A stretch of DNA of 64,000 nt. Source: Eubacteriales bacterium. Its GTDB lineage: Bacteria; Bacillota; Clostridia; Oscillospirales; CAG-272. This document shows positions 45,093-54,853 of this stretch, in pieces. Position numbers and translations under genes: made by a program. The notes beneath the pieces are model-generated. The model worked only from the letters and a program-made list of their open reading frames with translations. It ran no database searches and had not been told where the DNA came from. Position 1 is the first letter of the stretch. Each line of letters opens with the position of its first letter. The stretch spans positions 885 to 64,884 of the forward strand of contig JAZUBZ010000095.1 in the NCBI GenBank assembly GCA_045638805.1, read 5' to 3'.

Positions 45093-47027
45093 ATGACGAA
45101 TGATAAATATTTAGCAGTGCTGTCGGACGTTTATCCCAATATCCGTTCTGCCGCCGCAGAGATAATAAACCTTAATGCAAAGCGTACCCTTCCGAAAATA
45201 ACCGAATACTTTTTCAGCGATATCCACGGCGAGCATGAGTCATTCCTGTATCTTCTCCGCAGTGCGTCCGGTATGATCAAGTTCAAGATAGACGATATCT
45301 TTTCCAAAAGCGTATCCGCCTGCGACAGAGAGGAGCTTGCTCAGCTGATCTACTCTCCTGCAAAATATATTAAAAACCTTGAGAAAAAGGGGGAACTCTG
45401 CGACGAGTGGAGATCTCTTACCATATATAGAATGATCCACGTGTGTAAAACCGTGTCAGCAAAGTACACGCGCTCAGCGGTGCGCAGTAAAATGCCCGAA
45501 AGCTTCGGGTACGTCCTTGATGAGCTTCTCAACGTTACCGACGACATCAACCGTGATTTCTACTACGAAGAGATTATCAGAACCGTAATCGACACGGGGA
45601 TCGCAGATGATTTTATAATCGAGCTTGCGTTCCTTATCCGTTCTCTCACGGTAGGCAGACTTCATATCATAGGCGACGTCTTTGACAGAGGTCCCCGCGC
45701 TGACAAGATAATGAACGAGCTAATGAAGCAAAAGCACATCGATTTTCAATGGGGAAATCACGACGTTTCGTGGATGGGTGCCGCTTCGCGTAATCCCGCA
45801 CTTATCGCAAACGTAATAAGGATCGCTCTCGGTTACAACAGTCTTGACGTGCTTGAGGACGGATACGGCCTCAACCTCCGTCCCCTTTCGATGTTTGCTG
45901 CTGAAACGTATGAGGACGATCCGTGCCTGCTCTTCATGCCAAAGACTCTCGATGACGTAAAATATGACGTTATCGATAAGTCGCTGACCGCAAAGATGCA
46001 CAAAGCTATAGCTATCATTCAGCTTAAGCTCGAGGGAGCGATAATCCGCCGTCATCCCGAATATAATATGGAAGACCGCGCTGTATTTGAAAAGATCGAT
46101 TTTTGTTCAGGTACGGTCACTCTTGGAGAGGTTACCTACCCTCTCCTCGACAGCCATTTTCCTACTGTCGACCCTGCAGACCCGCTGAAACTTTCCGAGG
46201 GAGAAGAGGAGCTCGTCCGCGTGCTTATAAATTCCTTCCACCACAGCAGGCTTCTCAACGAACATATAAAGTTCATGTATTCCCACGGAGGAATGTACAA
46301 AGTATATAACGGAAACGTGCTGTACCACGGATGTATACCCATGGATGAGGACGGCAGCTTCCGTAGTGTTATCACACCTTACGGCAAAGCATCCGGCAAG
46401 ACGCTTATGGATAAGCTTGACCGCGTTATACGTAAGGCATATTTCGGTGTATACGGATCCGAAGAACAGTCTGAGGCAAGCGACTATATGTGGTATCTTT
46501 GGTGTGGTAAGGACTCTCCACTTTTCGGAAAGAACAGGCTTGCATTTTTCGAGAGAACCTTTATCGGAACTACACTTCCCGAAGCGAAAGAATTATTTGA
46601 CCCCTACTATTCGCTCAGTCAGAATGTAGATGTTTGCCAAAAGATACTTTGTGAATTCGGACTTGACCCCGATCGCGGTCATATTATAAACGGACACGTG
46701 CCGGTAAACCAGAAGGAGGGCGAAAGTCCCGTGAAAGCAGACGGCAGACTGTTCGTCATCGACGGCGGTATATCAAAGGCATACCGTGTAAAAACGGGTA
46801 TCGCCGGATATACCTTGATATATGATTCACACAGTCTTCAGCTTGCCGAACACAAACCCGCGGAAAACGGACTTTACAAAACTCCCGACATACGCATCGT
46901 AGAAAAGCTTGAACGCAGATTTAACGTATCGGACACCGACCACGGAGACGAGCTTTACGAAAAAGCAGAAGATCTGAAGCGTCTTATTGAAGCTTACCGC
47001 AGCGGTGCTTTAAACGAAAAAGCATAA
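45093..47027 (+). CDS. fbp: fructose-1,6-bisphosphatase class 3
   Basis: YLAVLSDVYPNIRSAAAEIINLNA, FFSDIHGEHE, GDVFDRGP and GNHD motifs, about 645 aa. Start set at the ATG at 45093 after GAAAAGGA; the listed 44922 start adds an implausible 57 aa. Confidence 0.92.
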   Translation: MTNDKYLAVLSDVYPNIRSAAAEIINLNAKRTLPKITEYFFSDIHGEHESFLYLLRSASGMIKFKIDDIFSKSVSACDREELAQLIYSPAKYIKNLEKKGELCDEWRSLTIYRMIHVCKTVSAKYTRSAVRSKMPESFGYVLDELLNVTDDINRDFYYEEIIRTVIDTGIADDFIIELAFLIRSLTVGRLHIIGDVFDRGPRADKIMNELMKQKHIDFQWGNHDVSWMGAASRNPALIANVIRIALGYNSLDVLEDGYGLNLRPLSMFAAETYEDDPCLLFMPKTLDDVKYDVIDKSLTAKMHKAIAIIQLKLEGAIIRRHPEYNMEDRAVFEKIDFCSGTVTLGEVTYPLLDSHFPTVDPADPLKLSEGEEELVRVLINSFHHSRLLNEHIKFMYSHGGMYKVYNGNVLYHGCIPMDEDGSFRSVITPYGKASGKTLMDKLDRVIRKAYFGVYGSEEQSEASDYMWYLWCGKDSPLFGKNRLAFFERTFIGTTLPEAKELFDPYYSLSQNVDVCQKILCEFGLDPDRGHIINGHVPVNQKEGESPVKADGRLFVIDGGISKAYRVKTGIAGYTLIYDSHSLQLAEHKPAENGLYKTPDIRIVEKLERRFNVSDTDHGDELYEKAEDLKRLIEAYRSGALNEKA

Positions 47028-47058
47028 ATCTTTACTGAGAGAGGAGCTTAAACTCATT

Positions 47059-47730
47059 ATGAAAAGGACTAAACTTGCAGACAGACTCCTTCCCGACTAC
47101 ACCAACGGTGAGGAAATCACCAATATGGTCACCCATATCGTAGGCGGTGGTCTCGGTGTTGTATATCTTGTACTTTGCGTAATATTCGCAGCCCTTCATA
47201 AAAACGTTTGGGGTGTTGTAGGCAGTGCCATATACGGTGCATCCGTTATCTGCCTTTTTACCATGTCAAGCGTTTATCACGGAGTTCGCCCGAAGATGGC
47301 TAAGAAAGTTCTTCAAGTCATCGACCACTGTACCATATATTTTATGATCGCGGGAACCTATACTCCCTATACTCTATGTACTTTAAGAGAGATAAATCCC
47401 GCTATAGGCTGGACGGTATTTGGAGTTGTTTGGGGAATGGCGGCACTTGCCGTTACGTTCACTGCAATCGACCTTAAGAAATACAGCAAGTTCTCAATGG
47501 CTTGTTATATCGGAATGGGATGGTGCGTTATATTCACCATAGTTCCACTCTTCCGCGCACTCGGCTTCTGGGGAAGCTTCTTCCTCCTTGGCGGAGGTAT
47601 AATGTACACTATCGGAGCCGTGCTTTACGGTCTCGGTAAGAAAAAAAGATACGTCCACTCCGTCTTCCACGTCTTCGTGGTGCTTGCAAGTGTGATGCAC
47701 TTCTTCTCGATTTTCTTTTATGTCATCTAA
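47059..47730 (+). CDS. hemolysin III family (PAQR) membrane protein
   Basis: Seven TM helices, SSVYHG, DHCTIYFMIAGTYTP, HVFVVLASVMHF. Confidence 0.88.
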   Translation: MKRTKLADRLLPDYTNGEEITNMVTHIVGGGLGVVYLVLCVIFAALHKNVWGVVGSAIYGASVICLFTMSSVYHGVRPKMAKKVLQVIDHCTIYFMIAGTYTPYTLCTLREINPAIGWTVFGVVWGMAALAVTFTAIDLKKYSKFSMACYIGMGWCVIFTIVPLFRALGFWGSFFLLGGGIMYTIGAVLYGLGKKKRYVHSVFHVFVVLASVMHFFSIFFYVI

Positions 47731-48232
47731 GACCGTAAAACAATCCGATATAAGAGAAAAGCTCAGAGGCGAGGTCATGTTCCGTGCATGGTCGGGACCT
47801 TCAGACCAGCGACTTTTAACGGTAGAGCAGATGGGTTACTATTTCTGCATGCGCAATATGATGCGCGAAAAAGGCTGGGCGTACGTTGTCCTCATTGACA
47901 AAAGTTGCAGAATACTGAACACTTTTAACTTTAAGATGCGCGGTATTACCACCTCACTCACCGTCACGGAAGAGATCGACCGTGCCATCTCTATTGAGGA
48001 AAACGCAAAATATTTTCTCATAGTACATAATCACAAGGATAACCCTACAGACCCTTCCGTCGCGGATGTTCTTACAACGAACGCGATAATCGACAGATAC
48101 CGTGAAAGCCACGTGAGATTTATCGGTCATATTATCACGTCGGACATCGACTATACTTTTATTGATGCAGACGGAAAATTACAAAAAGAAAGATCGGTAC
48201 TTATTAATGACAAAGATATTAACGGCATCTGA
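47720..48232 (+). CDS. RadC-like JAB/MPN domain protein (short form)
   Basis: HNHKDNPTDPSVAD fits the JAMM pattern HxHx7Sx2D. The upstream REKGWAYVVLID resembles the RadC beta-strand/Glu region. Overlaps both neighbouring genes. Confidence 0.7.
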   Translation: MSSKTVKQSDIREKLRGEVMFRAWSGPSDQRLLTVEQMGYYFCMRNMMREKGWAYVVLIDKSCRILNTFNFKMRGITTSLTVTEEIDRAISIEENAKYFLIVHNHKDNPTDPSVADVLTTNAIIDRYRESHVRFIGHIITSDIDYTFIDADGKLQKERSVLINDKDINGI

Positions 48233-48650
48233 GACAGACACCTATACGGCAGGTGCAGATCTCGGCAGATCTATACTTGACTCAGGTAAAAAAAGATGCT
48301 TTATTGCAGTATACGGCGACCTTGGCGCCGGCAAGACCGTTTTCACAAGGGGTATGGTCTCATGCCTGTCACCCGGCAGCCGCGTAAAAAGTCCCACATA
48401 TACCATAGTTAACGAATACCTCAAAGGAGGTGTGCCCGTATACCACTTTGATTTCTACAGAATCGAGGACACGGGTGAGCTTGAGGGAATCGGCTTTGAC
48501 GATTATCTTTTCGGAGGTATCTGCATTGCTGAGTGGTGCGAGAAGCTGGGATGTGAGATGCCGCGGGACTATATCAGCGTAACTATTGAAAAGTTAGGTG
48601 ATGACGAGCGCGAGATAACCATACGTGCAATGGGAAAGGAGACTCTTTGA
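48207..48650 (+). CDS. tsaE: tRNA t6A biosynthesis ATPase TsaE
   Basis: GDLGAGKTVFTRG Walker A, SPTYTIVNEY, HFDFYR. Start set at the ATG at 48207. Confidence 0.88.
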   Translation: MTKILTASETDTYTAGADLGRSILDSGKKRCFIAVYGDLGAGKTVFTRGMVSCLSPGSRVKSPTYTIVNEYLKGGVPVYHFDFYRIEDTGELEGIGFDDYLFGGICIAEWCEKLGCEMPRDYISVTIEKLGDDEREITIRAMGKETL

Positions 48651-48651
48651 T

Positions 48652-49395
48652 ATGTGGACTTTAGGATTTGACTCAACCACCGCTACGGTTACCGTATCTG
48701 TTTTGAAGGATGGCGTTGAGACTGCATCGTATTCTGCCATGTCAGGTACTTCTCACAGTACTACTCTTCTCCCCGCAATCGAAGATCTTCTGAAGACGTC
48801 AGGTATTACAATAAAGGAGCTTTCTCTTATCGCCTGCTCTGCCGGCCCCGGTTCTTTTACAGGTGTCCGTATCGGCGTTGCTACGGCAAAGGGCCTTGCC
48901 GCTCCTTTCGATATTCCATGTATCGGAGTATCGTCCCTTGAGGCAATGGCGTATATGTTCGCAGGTACCCCATGTGTGATCTGTCCCGTAATCGGTGCAA
49001 GACGCGGCAACGTATATGCGGCAGTATTTAATTCCGACGGCAACGGAAAAGTCACGAGACTTGCCGAAGACGATCTTGTAGCCATCGCTGACGTAAAAGC
49101 TTTTATAAACAGATATACGTCTGACGCACACCACGCACTTCCCCTTTATTTCACGGGAGATTCCGTAACAGAATGCTTTGAAGCGGACGGTGAGCTTAAT
49201 GCGGTCAAGCTCACAGAAACTCCAACCTCTCTCTCCGCACCAACAGGCTACGGCGTCGCTTTATGCGGATACCGCAAGTTTATTGCAAGCGGAAAAGACG
49301 AAAGTCTTTATTCCGAATCAGCACTTCTCCCGATATACCTCAGAAAATCCCAGGCAGAGCGCGAAAAGGAAGAGCGCGAGCTTAAAGGGAACTAA
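48652..49395 (+). CDS. tsaB: tRNA t6A biosynthesis protein TsaB
   Basis: LGFDSTT, AGPGSFTGVRIGVATAKGLA. Start set at MWTLGFD. Confidence 0.88.
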   Translation: MWTLGFDSTTATVTVSVLKDGVETASYSAMSGTSHSTTLLPAIEDLLKTSGITIKELSLIACSAGPGSFTGVRIGVATAKGLAAPFDIPCIGVSSLEAMAYMFAGTPCVICPVIGARRGNVYAAVFNSDGNGKVTRLAEDDLVAIADVKAFINRYTSDAHHALPLYFTGDSVTECFEADGELNAVKLTETPTSLSAPTGYGVALCGYRKFIASGKDESLYSESALLPIYLRKSQAEREKEERELKGN

Positions 49396-49452
49396 AGCTG
49401 TAATTCACCGCAAACTCTTGCGGAAAATATACGAAAGAAAGGATATTTCACC

Positions 49453-49902
49453 ATGAATAACAAGAAAACTATCGCACTTGCTTCTGACCACGCAGGATAT
49501 CCCTTGAAGGAGGCTCTCATCCGACATCTCAACGGACGCGGAATCGACACCATCGATTGCGGAACAAACAATACCGACAGCTGTGATTATCCCGATTTTG
49601 CTGTAGCAGGATGCTGCAAGGTGCTTGACGGTGCGGCTGATCTCACAATTCTCTGCTGCGGTACCGGTATCGGCATGAGCATGGCGGCTAATAAGATGAA
49701 GGGTATCCGCGCAGCTTGCTGTTCCGATGTTTTCAGCGCAAAGTTCACAAGACTTCACAATGATGCAAACGTACTTTGTCTCGGCGCGAGAGTAGTAGGT
49801 GAAGGGCTTGCTTGTGAGCTTGCAGATATTTTTGTTGACAGCGAGTTTGAGGGCGGTAAGCACAAGAGACGTATAGACATGATCGCAGATCTTGAAAAAT
49901 AA
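49453..49902 (+). CDS. rpiB: ribose-5-phosphate isomerase B
   Basis: IALASDHAGYPLKE, LCCGTGIGMSMAANK, and the RpiB/LacAB family length of 149 aa. Confidence 0.9.
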   Translation: MNNKKTIALASDHAGYPLKEALIRHLNGRGIDTIDCGTNNTDSCDYPDFAVAGCCKVLDGAADLTILCCGTGIGMSMAANKMKGIRAACCSDVFSAKFTRLHNDANVLCLGARVVGEGLACELADIFVDSEFEGGKHKRRIDMIADLEK

Positions 49903-50986
49903 TATTTTGAAAACCGATCCCGCAGTATTTGCCGTAGATCATGAGTACCGTATTTCGGTACTTGTAAATTGTGAATCGCTCGTATCTGTTCGTATAGGCG
50001 AAGATTATTACTATGACAACACCTGCGGAGTAATGAATTCCCTGTTTGAATCTCACAGTGTGTCCGTACCTATGGACGTGCTTGACGGCTCAGGAACATA
50101 TACTGTGTGTGTACGCCCCATAAAGTCACGAAAGCCATATTTCACCGAAACGGACGATATCGAAGAATATTCTTACAACTTTTATCCCGTACCTACGTCT
50201 GATGCGCGAGCTTATCACATATCAGACGCCCACGGTAAGGTTGCTGAGCCGATATGTGCCGCCAAGTCATTCGGGAACGTGGATTTCCTGATACTTAACG
50301 GTGACTTATTGAATCACAGCGATGACAAGACGGAATTCATAAATATATACGAAATCTGCGCGGGTATCACTCGCGGTGAAAAGCCCGTGGTATTTTCCCG
50401 CGGAAATCACGATATGAGAGGAAAGCACGCCGAACTGCTCCACTTATATACCCCCACCGACCACGGACGTACCTATTACACTTTCCGTCTCGGCAGTATA
50501 TGGGGTGTCATCCTTGACTGCTGTGAGGATAAGGACGACTTGAACGAAGAATACGGTTTCACGGTAGCGTGCAAGGCATATCGACGCCGTCAGACTGAGT
50601 TTCTAAAAAGCATTGTAAACAATAGCGAAAATGAATTTTCTGCTGAGGATGTCAGAACACGCCTTGTTATTTCCCACAAGCCTTTTTGTGAAGTAACCAA
50701 ACCGCCCTTCGACATCGAAACAGACGTATATTCAAAGTGGGCTGAGCTTTTGAAAAACGTATCACCTCACCTTATGATCCACGGTCACACACACTCACCT
50801 GAGATAAGACCTGCAGGTCACGTTAAGGATACTCTCGGACAGCCTTGCTGTGCCGTTGTAGCGTCAGGTACGGGTACAGGGTATTTTTCGGGATACGGTT
50901 TTGTGTTCGGGAAAGACTGTATCAAATGCATTCTCACAGATAGCGAAGGAAAAGCTCTGTCTACCGATACTGTATACAAATATTAA
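49892..50986 (+). CDS. metallophosphoesterase family protein
   Basis: SDAHG, LNGDL, RGNHD and HGHTH motifs. Confidence 0.8.
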   Translation: MKNNILKTDPAVFAVDHEYRISVLVNCESLVSVRIGEDYYYDNTCGVMNSLFESHSVSVPMDVLDGSGTYTVCVRPIKSRKPYFTETDDIEEYSYNFYPVPTSDARAYHISDAHGKVAEPICAAKSFGNVDFLILNGDLLNHSDDKTEFINIYEICAGITRGEKPVVFSRGNHDMRGKHAELLHLYTPTDHGRTYYTFRLGSIWGVILDCCEDKDDLNEEYGFTVACKAYRRRQTEFLKSIVNNSENEFSAEDVRTRLVISHKPFCEVTKPPFDIETDVYSKWAELLKNVSPHLMIHGHTHSPEIRPAGHVKDTLGQPCCAVVASGTGTGYFSGYGFVFGKDCIKCILTDSEGKALSTDTVYKY

Positions 50987-50996
50987 TTAAATCAGT

Positions 50997-51028
50997 ACGT
51001 CCGCGAGTTCGGTTGAACTCGCGGACGT
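50997..51028. terminator. terminator between convergent genes
   Basis: ACGTCCGCGAGTT-CGGTTG-AACTCGCGGACGT. Confidence 0.75.
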
Positions 51029-51033
51029 ATCGT

Positions 51034-51636
51034 TTATATTTTTTTAATACATATGGATGCGGCGAAATCCGCATCTTTTTGGGATACCCTGAACTCATGG
51101 ATAACGTATCCATCACATAATTCGGTATCTGCACGGGTAATTTCTCGCATTCCCTCACCTGTACATTTCACAAAGCTTTCCTTGGAAGTCCATATGCGGT
51201 AAAATTCTGTGACCGTATCGTCAGCTTCGGCAAGGCGTGCTCTTTCACCGTCGGAAAAGTATCTTCCGGCGATCGCCTCGATCCTGTCACAGGATCTTGC
51301 GCGATCAATAAATTCAAAGTCTACGCCTATCTCACACGGAAAATCCGCATCAAGCAGATATTCTCCGCTTTCAGTCACTTTTTCACATATCTTAAGTTCA
51401 GTCGTAGAATCAGGTACGCTGAGCGCACATGCAATACATCCTTTAGTGTGGGATACCGAGTAAGTAACGGCGGAGTTTGCAATATACGGTTTACCTCTTT
51501 CACGATATTCAAACACTGGAGGCTCTTCCAATAATGCATATTTACTTAAAAGAGAGTCTCTCATCATGATGGCATAATTATGTTCTTCTTCACGGGGCAT
51601 ATTCTCATTTGTAAAGTCAATTGCAATAATAATCAT
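51034..51636 (-). CDS. 4'-phosphopantetheinyl transferase (Sfp-type)
   Basis: SVSHTKGCIACAL, GVDFEFI and WTSKESFVKCTGEG motifs. Start set at the ATG at 51636 after GAGGTGG; the listed start at 51681 is a TTG. Confidence 0.8.
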   Translation of the reverse strand: MIIIAIDFTNENMPREEEHNYAIMMRDSLLSKYALLEEPPVFEYRERGKPYIANSAVTYSVSHTKGCIACALSVPDSTTELKICEKVTESGEYLLDADFPCEIGVDFEFIDRARSCDRIEAIAGRYFSDGERARLAEADDTVTEFYRIWTSKESFVKCTGEGMREITRADTELCDGYVIHEFRVSQKDADFAASICIKKI

Positions 51637-51720
51637 GTCCACCTCACTGCCACAGCCATACAAAATTTCAAAAAAAGACAAGTTTTTTCATGTTTTTGAT
51701 AAAAAATGTATAAAAAGCTG

Positions 51721-51749
51721 TGTACAAAAATGAATTTTTATGCTATAAT
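51721..51749 (+). promoter_or_regulatory. candidate promoter with extended -10
   Basis: TGTACA, 17 nt including TGC, then TATAAT (51744-51749). It leaves a leader of about 110 nt before the ATG at 51867. Confidence 0.4.
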
Positions 51750-51866
51750 GTAGTATATTAAACGGGGGCTGGTGTAAAAGATCTCTGTTTGCTTAACATA
51801 AAACCGTAATACTGAATAATATATATTAATTTTCATACTACTGTCTGAGACCACTGGAGGTTATTT

Positions 51867-52481
51867 ATGAAGAAATACGTTATAACGATTGCACGTCAGT
51901 TCGGAAGCCGCGGTCGTGAGATCGGTCAGAAATTAGCGGAAGCTTTAGGCTACAAATATTATGACCGTGACCTTATCTCTATGGCTGCCGAGAAAAGCGG
52001 AATGGATAAGTCCGTTCTCGGTGCCGCAGACGAAAAAGCGGCTAACAGCCTTCTCTACACGCTTGCATTAGGTTCGTCCGTTTATGCGCACGGCGTTGAC
52101 AACATCAACGTTCCGCTGAACGACAAGCTTTATATCGTTCAATCTAATATCATCAAGGATATCTATAACAGTGGTGAGGGTGCGGTTATCGTAGGCCGTT
52201 GTGCTGACTACGTTCTCTCCGAAAAGGAAAACGTTATAAAGGTATTCATCTCTGCAGATTTCGACAACCGCGTTGAAGTGGTTTCCGTCAGAAGTGCAGT
52301 TACTGAAGCAAAGGCAAAAGACATGGTCATCAAGACCGACAAGAGACGCGCTAACTACTACAACTACTACACCGGTAAAAAATGGGGTAAGATCGAAAAC
52401 TACGATCTCGTTATCAATTCCTCAAAATGCGGTGTAGACGGTGCCGTTAAAGTAATTAAGGCTATGCTTCACGCTGAATAA
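51867..52481 (+). CDS. cytidylate-kinase-like family protein
   Basis: ITIARQFGSRGREIG P-loop variant, typical of this family. Confidence 0.8.
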   Translation: MKKYVITIARQFGSRGREIGQKLAEALGYKYYDRDLISMAAEKSGMDKSVLGAADEKAANSLLYTLALGSSVYAHGVDNINVPLNDKLYIVQSNIIKDIYNSGEGAVIVGRCADYVLSEKENVIKVFISADFDNRVEVVSVRSAVTEAKAKDMVIKTDKRRANYYNYYTGKKWGKIENYDLVINSSKCGVDGAVKVIKAMLHAE

Positions 52482-52491
52482 GTATTTACGT

Positions 52492-52525
52492 GACCTCTCC
52501 TGCGTTGCAGGAGAGGTCTTTTTTA
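52492..52525 (+). terminator. terminator after the cytidylate-kinase-like gene
   Basis: GACCTCTCCTGC-GTTG-GCAGGAGAGGTC followed by TTTTTT. Confidence 0.85.
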
Positions 52526-54676
52526 ATTCATCACGTTTTCGCTGTTTTTAAGAAATTTTTCGGCAGATTCCGCGATTCCACGATGTTCAGGGAGCTTCAA
52601 CAACGGGTCTCGCTTAAGCACTGCAGCCGCCATATCGGTAGCCATTGTGAGAAGCTCAGGATCCGTGCAAGCCGCCGCAAGCACAAGGGACGATCTTCCG
52701 TGCTGACGCACGGCTCCGTTTTCACCGAACAGGTCTCCGGGACCTCTCTGTTTTAAGTCTTCCTCTGCAATATCGTATCCGTTACGGCAACGCTTTATTA
52801 CACCGAGTCTTTCACGAGCGCGCTCGCCCTTTGCATCGGATACAAGCACGAAATATGATTTTGCACTGCCGCGTCCGACACGTCCCCTCAACTGATGGAG
52901 CTGTGAAAGTCCAAACCTGTCTGCGTTTTCAACTATCATAAGAGTGGCATTCGGCACGTTTACACCTACCTCGATAACAGTAGTGGAAACGAGCACGTCA
53001 ACCTCCCCCGCGCAGAAGCGGGACATGACCTCTTCCCTTTCCGCTGTTTTCATCTTCCCGTGAGCTATGGCTATATTCAGCATGGGAAGCGCGCTTGATA
53101 GCTCGTCAGCATACGTCTCTGCCGCCTTAAGAGGCATTTTTTCTTCTTCATCAAATATATCAAAAAGGGTGATATCCGACATCTCCTCGGGATTATCGGA
53201 CTCTTTTTTTTCTTTTGTCTCTTCAATAGCGGGACACACCACGTACACCTGATGTCCCTCGTCAACCTGCTTCTTTATAAACGCATTGAGCCTTTGTCTG
53301 TAGTTCTCACCCACAACGAACGTGTCAACAGGCTGACGTCCTGCGGGTAACTCATCAATTCGGGACACGTCAAGCGTACCGTATACTACAAGTGACAAAG
53401 TTCGCGGAATAGGTGTGGCACTCATAACGAGGGTTCCTATTCCCTGCGACTTGTCTGCAAGGGCGGCTCTTTGCGCCGCTCCGAAGCGATGCTGTTCGTC
53501 AATTATAACGAGGCCCGTGGATGCGGGGGCAACGTCTGGAGAGAGTAATGCATGTGTGCCTATCACAAGAGTAGGAATCGTCGGGTCGGCAAGTCTGCGC
53601 AGTATCTCTCGCTTTGCAGCCGCAGTCGTGCTACCCGTTAAAAGGTATATCTCATATCCTAATCTTCCGAACAACTCGGAAAGATCGTTATAGTGCTGAC
53701 GGGCAAGTATTTCCGTGGGTACCATAAAGAGGCAATCGTGTCCGTTTCTTAGGCACACGTATGCCGCTGTTGCCGCAACGACGGTCTTACCCGATCCTAC
53801 GTCTCCCGTAAGCATACGGTTCATAGAATATTTTCCTGACATATCGGATATGATCTCACTGACGCATCTGCGCTGGGCAGATGTGAACTTATACGGCAGT
53901 ATCTTTTCAAATTCCGAGATATCAACGTTACTCATAACTGCTGATGCAAGACTTTTCTTCCGTCCTCCCGAAAGTCCTAAAGCAACGGAGGCGCAAAACA
54001 CCTCATCAAATATAAGTCTGCGCTTGGATGCGCCCAGCGCATCTTCGTTTTCGGGGAAATGTATGTTCCTCACGGCGTAGGCGGTAGTCGGGAGCGCAGA
54101 TGCCTCAAGAATTGGCGCGGGCAAGTACTCCTCACACTCGGGAAGAACGCTTCTCAGCGCATCCCTGACAGTTTCCGATACTATCTTCTGGGAAAGTCCC
54201 GATGTAAGCGGATACACGGGGACGATGGGTGGAAGCTCACGTCCCTCTACGTAAGGTTCATGGATGAGGGATGCCGCCTGTAGCGTGTTTTGGGATAAGG
54301 TAAACTTACCCCAAAATCTAAACGTGGCACCTACCTGAAAGGTATCTTTAAGAAAATTTTGATTAAAGTAGGTTATCTCGCATACTCCGGTCTCGTCAAA
54401 GGCGCGGAACTTTAAAAGGGACATTCCCCGTCTTATCAGGTGTACCCTCGGCTGAGTGGCAACGGTAAGGATACATGAAAAGGGACCGCTCATACCGTCT
54501 GCAAGAAGTCTTTCTTTAATATCAATAAGCTTGGTAAGGTTTCCCCTGTTCTGATACGAGCGTGGATAATAGCGAGACAGATCGTGAAGTGTGGAAACAC
54601 CCACTCGCTCGAAGGCGCGTCTTCTGCTCTCTCCGATATTTTTAAGTGTTGTTACAGATCTGTCACCGTTTTTCAT
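52523..54676 (-). CDS. recG: ATP-dependent DNA helicase RecG
   Basis: Wedge domain, GDVGSGKT, DEQHRFG, helicase C motifs, about 700 aa. Confidence 0.93.
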   Translation of the reverse strand: MKNGDRSVTTLKNIGESRRRAFERVGVSTLHDLSRYYPRSYQNRGNLTKLIDIKERLLADGMSGPFSCILTVATQPRVHLIRRGMSLLKFRAFDETGVCEITYFNQNFLKDTFQVGATFRFWGKFTLSQNTLQAASLIHEPYVEGRELPPIVPVYPLTSGLSQKIVSETVRDALRSVLPECEEYLPAPILEASALPTTAYAVRNIHFPENEDALGASKRRLIFDEVFCASVALGLSGGRKKSLASAVMSNVDISEFEKILPYKFTSAQRRCVSEIISDMSGKYSMNRMLTGDVGSGKTVVAATAAYVCLRNGHDCLFMVPTEILARQHYNDLSELFGRLGYEIYLLTGSTTAAAKREILRRLADPTIPTLVIGTHALLSPDVAPASTGLVIIDEQHRFGAAQRAALADKSQGIGTLVMSATPIPRTLSLVVYGTLDVSRIDELPAGRQPVDTFVVGENYRQRLNAFIKKQVDEGHQVYVVCPAIEETKEKKESDNPEEMSDITLFDIFDEEEKMPLKAAETYADELSSALPMLNIAIAHGKMKTAEREEVMSRFCAGEVDVLVSTTVIEVGVNVPNATLMIVENADRFGLSQLHQLRGRVGRGSAKSYFVLVSDAKGERARERLGVIKRCRNGYDIAEEDLKQRGPGDLFGENGAVRQHGRSSLVLAAACTDPELLTMATDMAAAVLKRDPLLKLPEHRGIAESAEKFLKNSENVMN

Positions 54677-54791
54677 CGCGCCCTCCTTATCGATAACACA
54701 GTTTTAGTATACTTATTTTACCACACAAACGCTTGTTCTTCAATATGAAAATGGAAAATAGGTTCAGTTAGTTTTATTTGAGCATTTTTAC

Positions 54792-54819
54792 TTGATTTTT
54801 CACATCAAAATGCTATAAT
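54792..54819 (+). promoter_or_regulatory. candidate sigma-A promoter of the second sigma factor gene
   Basis: TTGATT, a 16-nt spacer ending in TGC, then TATAAT (54814-54819). Confidence 0.55.
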
Positions 54820-54853
54820 ATAATTATCGATATAAACCGAAGGGAGGCAAGCA

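Noticed and set aside
51750-51866. About 110-nt leader of the cytidylate-kinase-like gene as a possible riboswitch. GTAGTAT at 51750-51756 could pair with ATACTAC at 51835-51841.
   Set aside because: I could not match any known riboswitch core. The leader is AT-rich, so short complementary heptamers are expected by chance. An Rfam scan would be needed.
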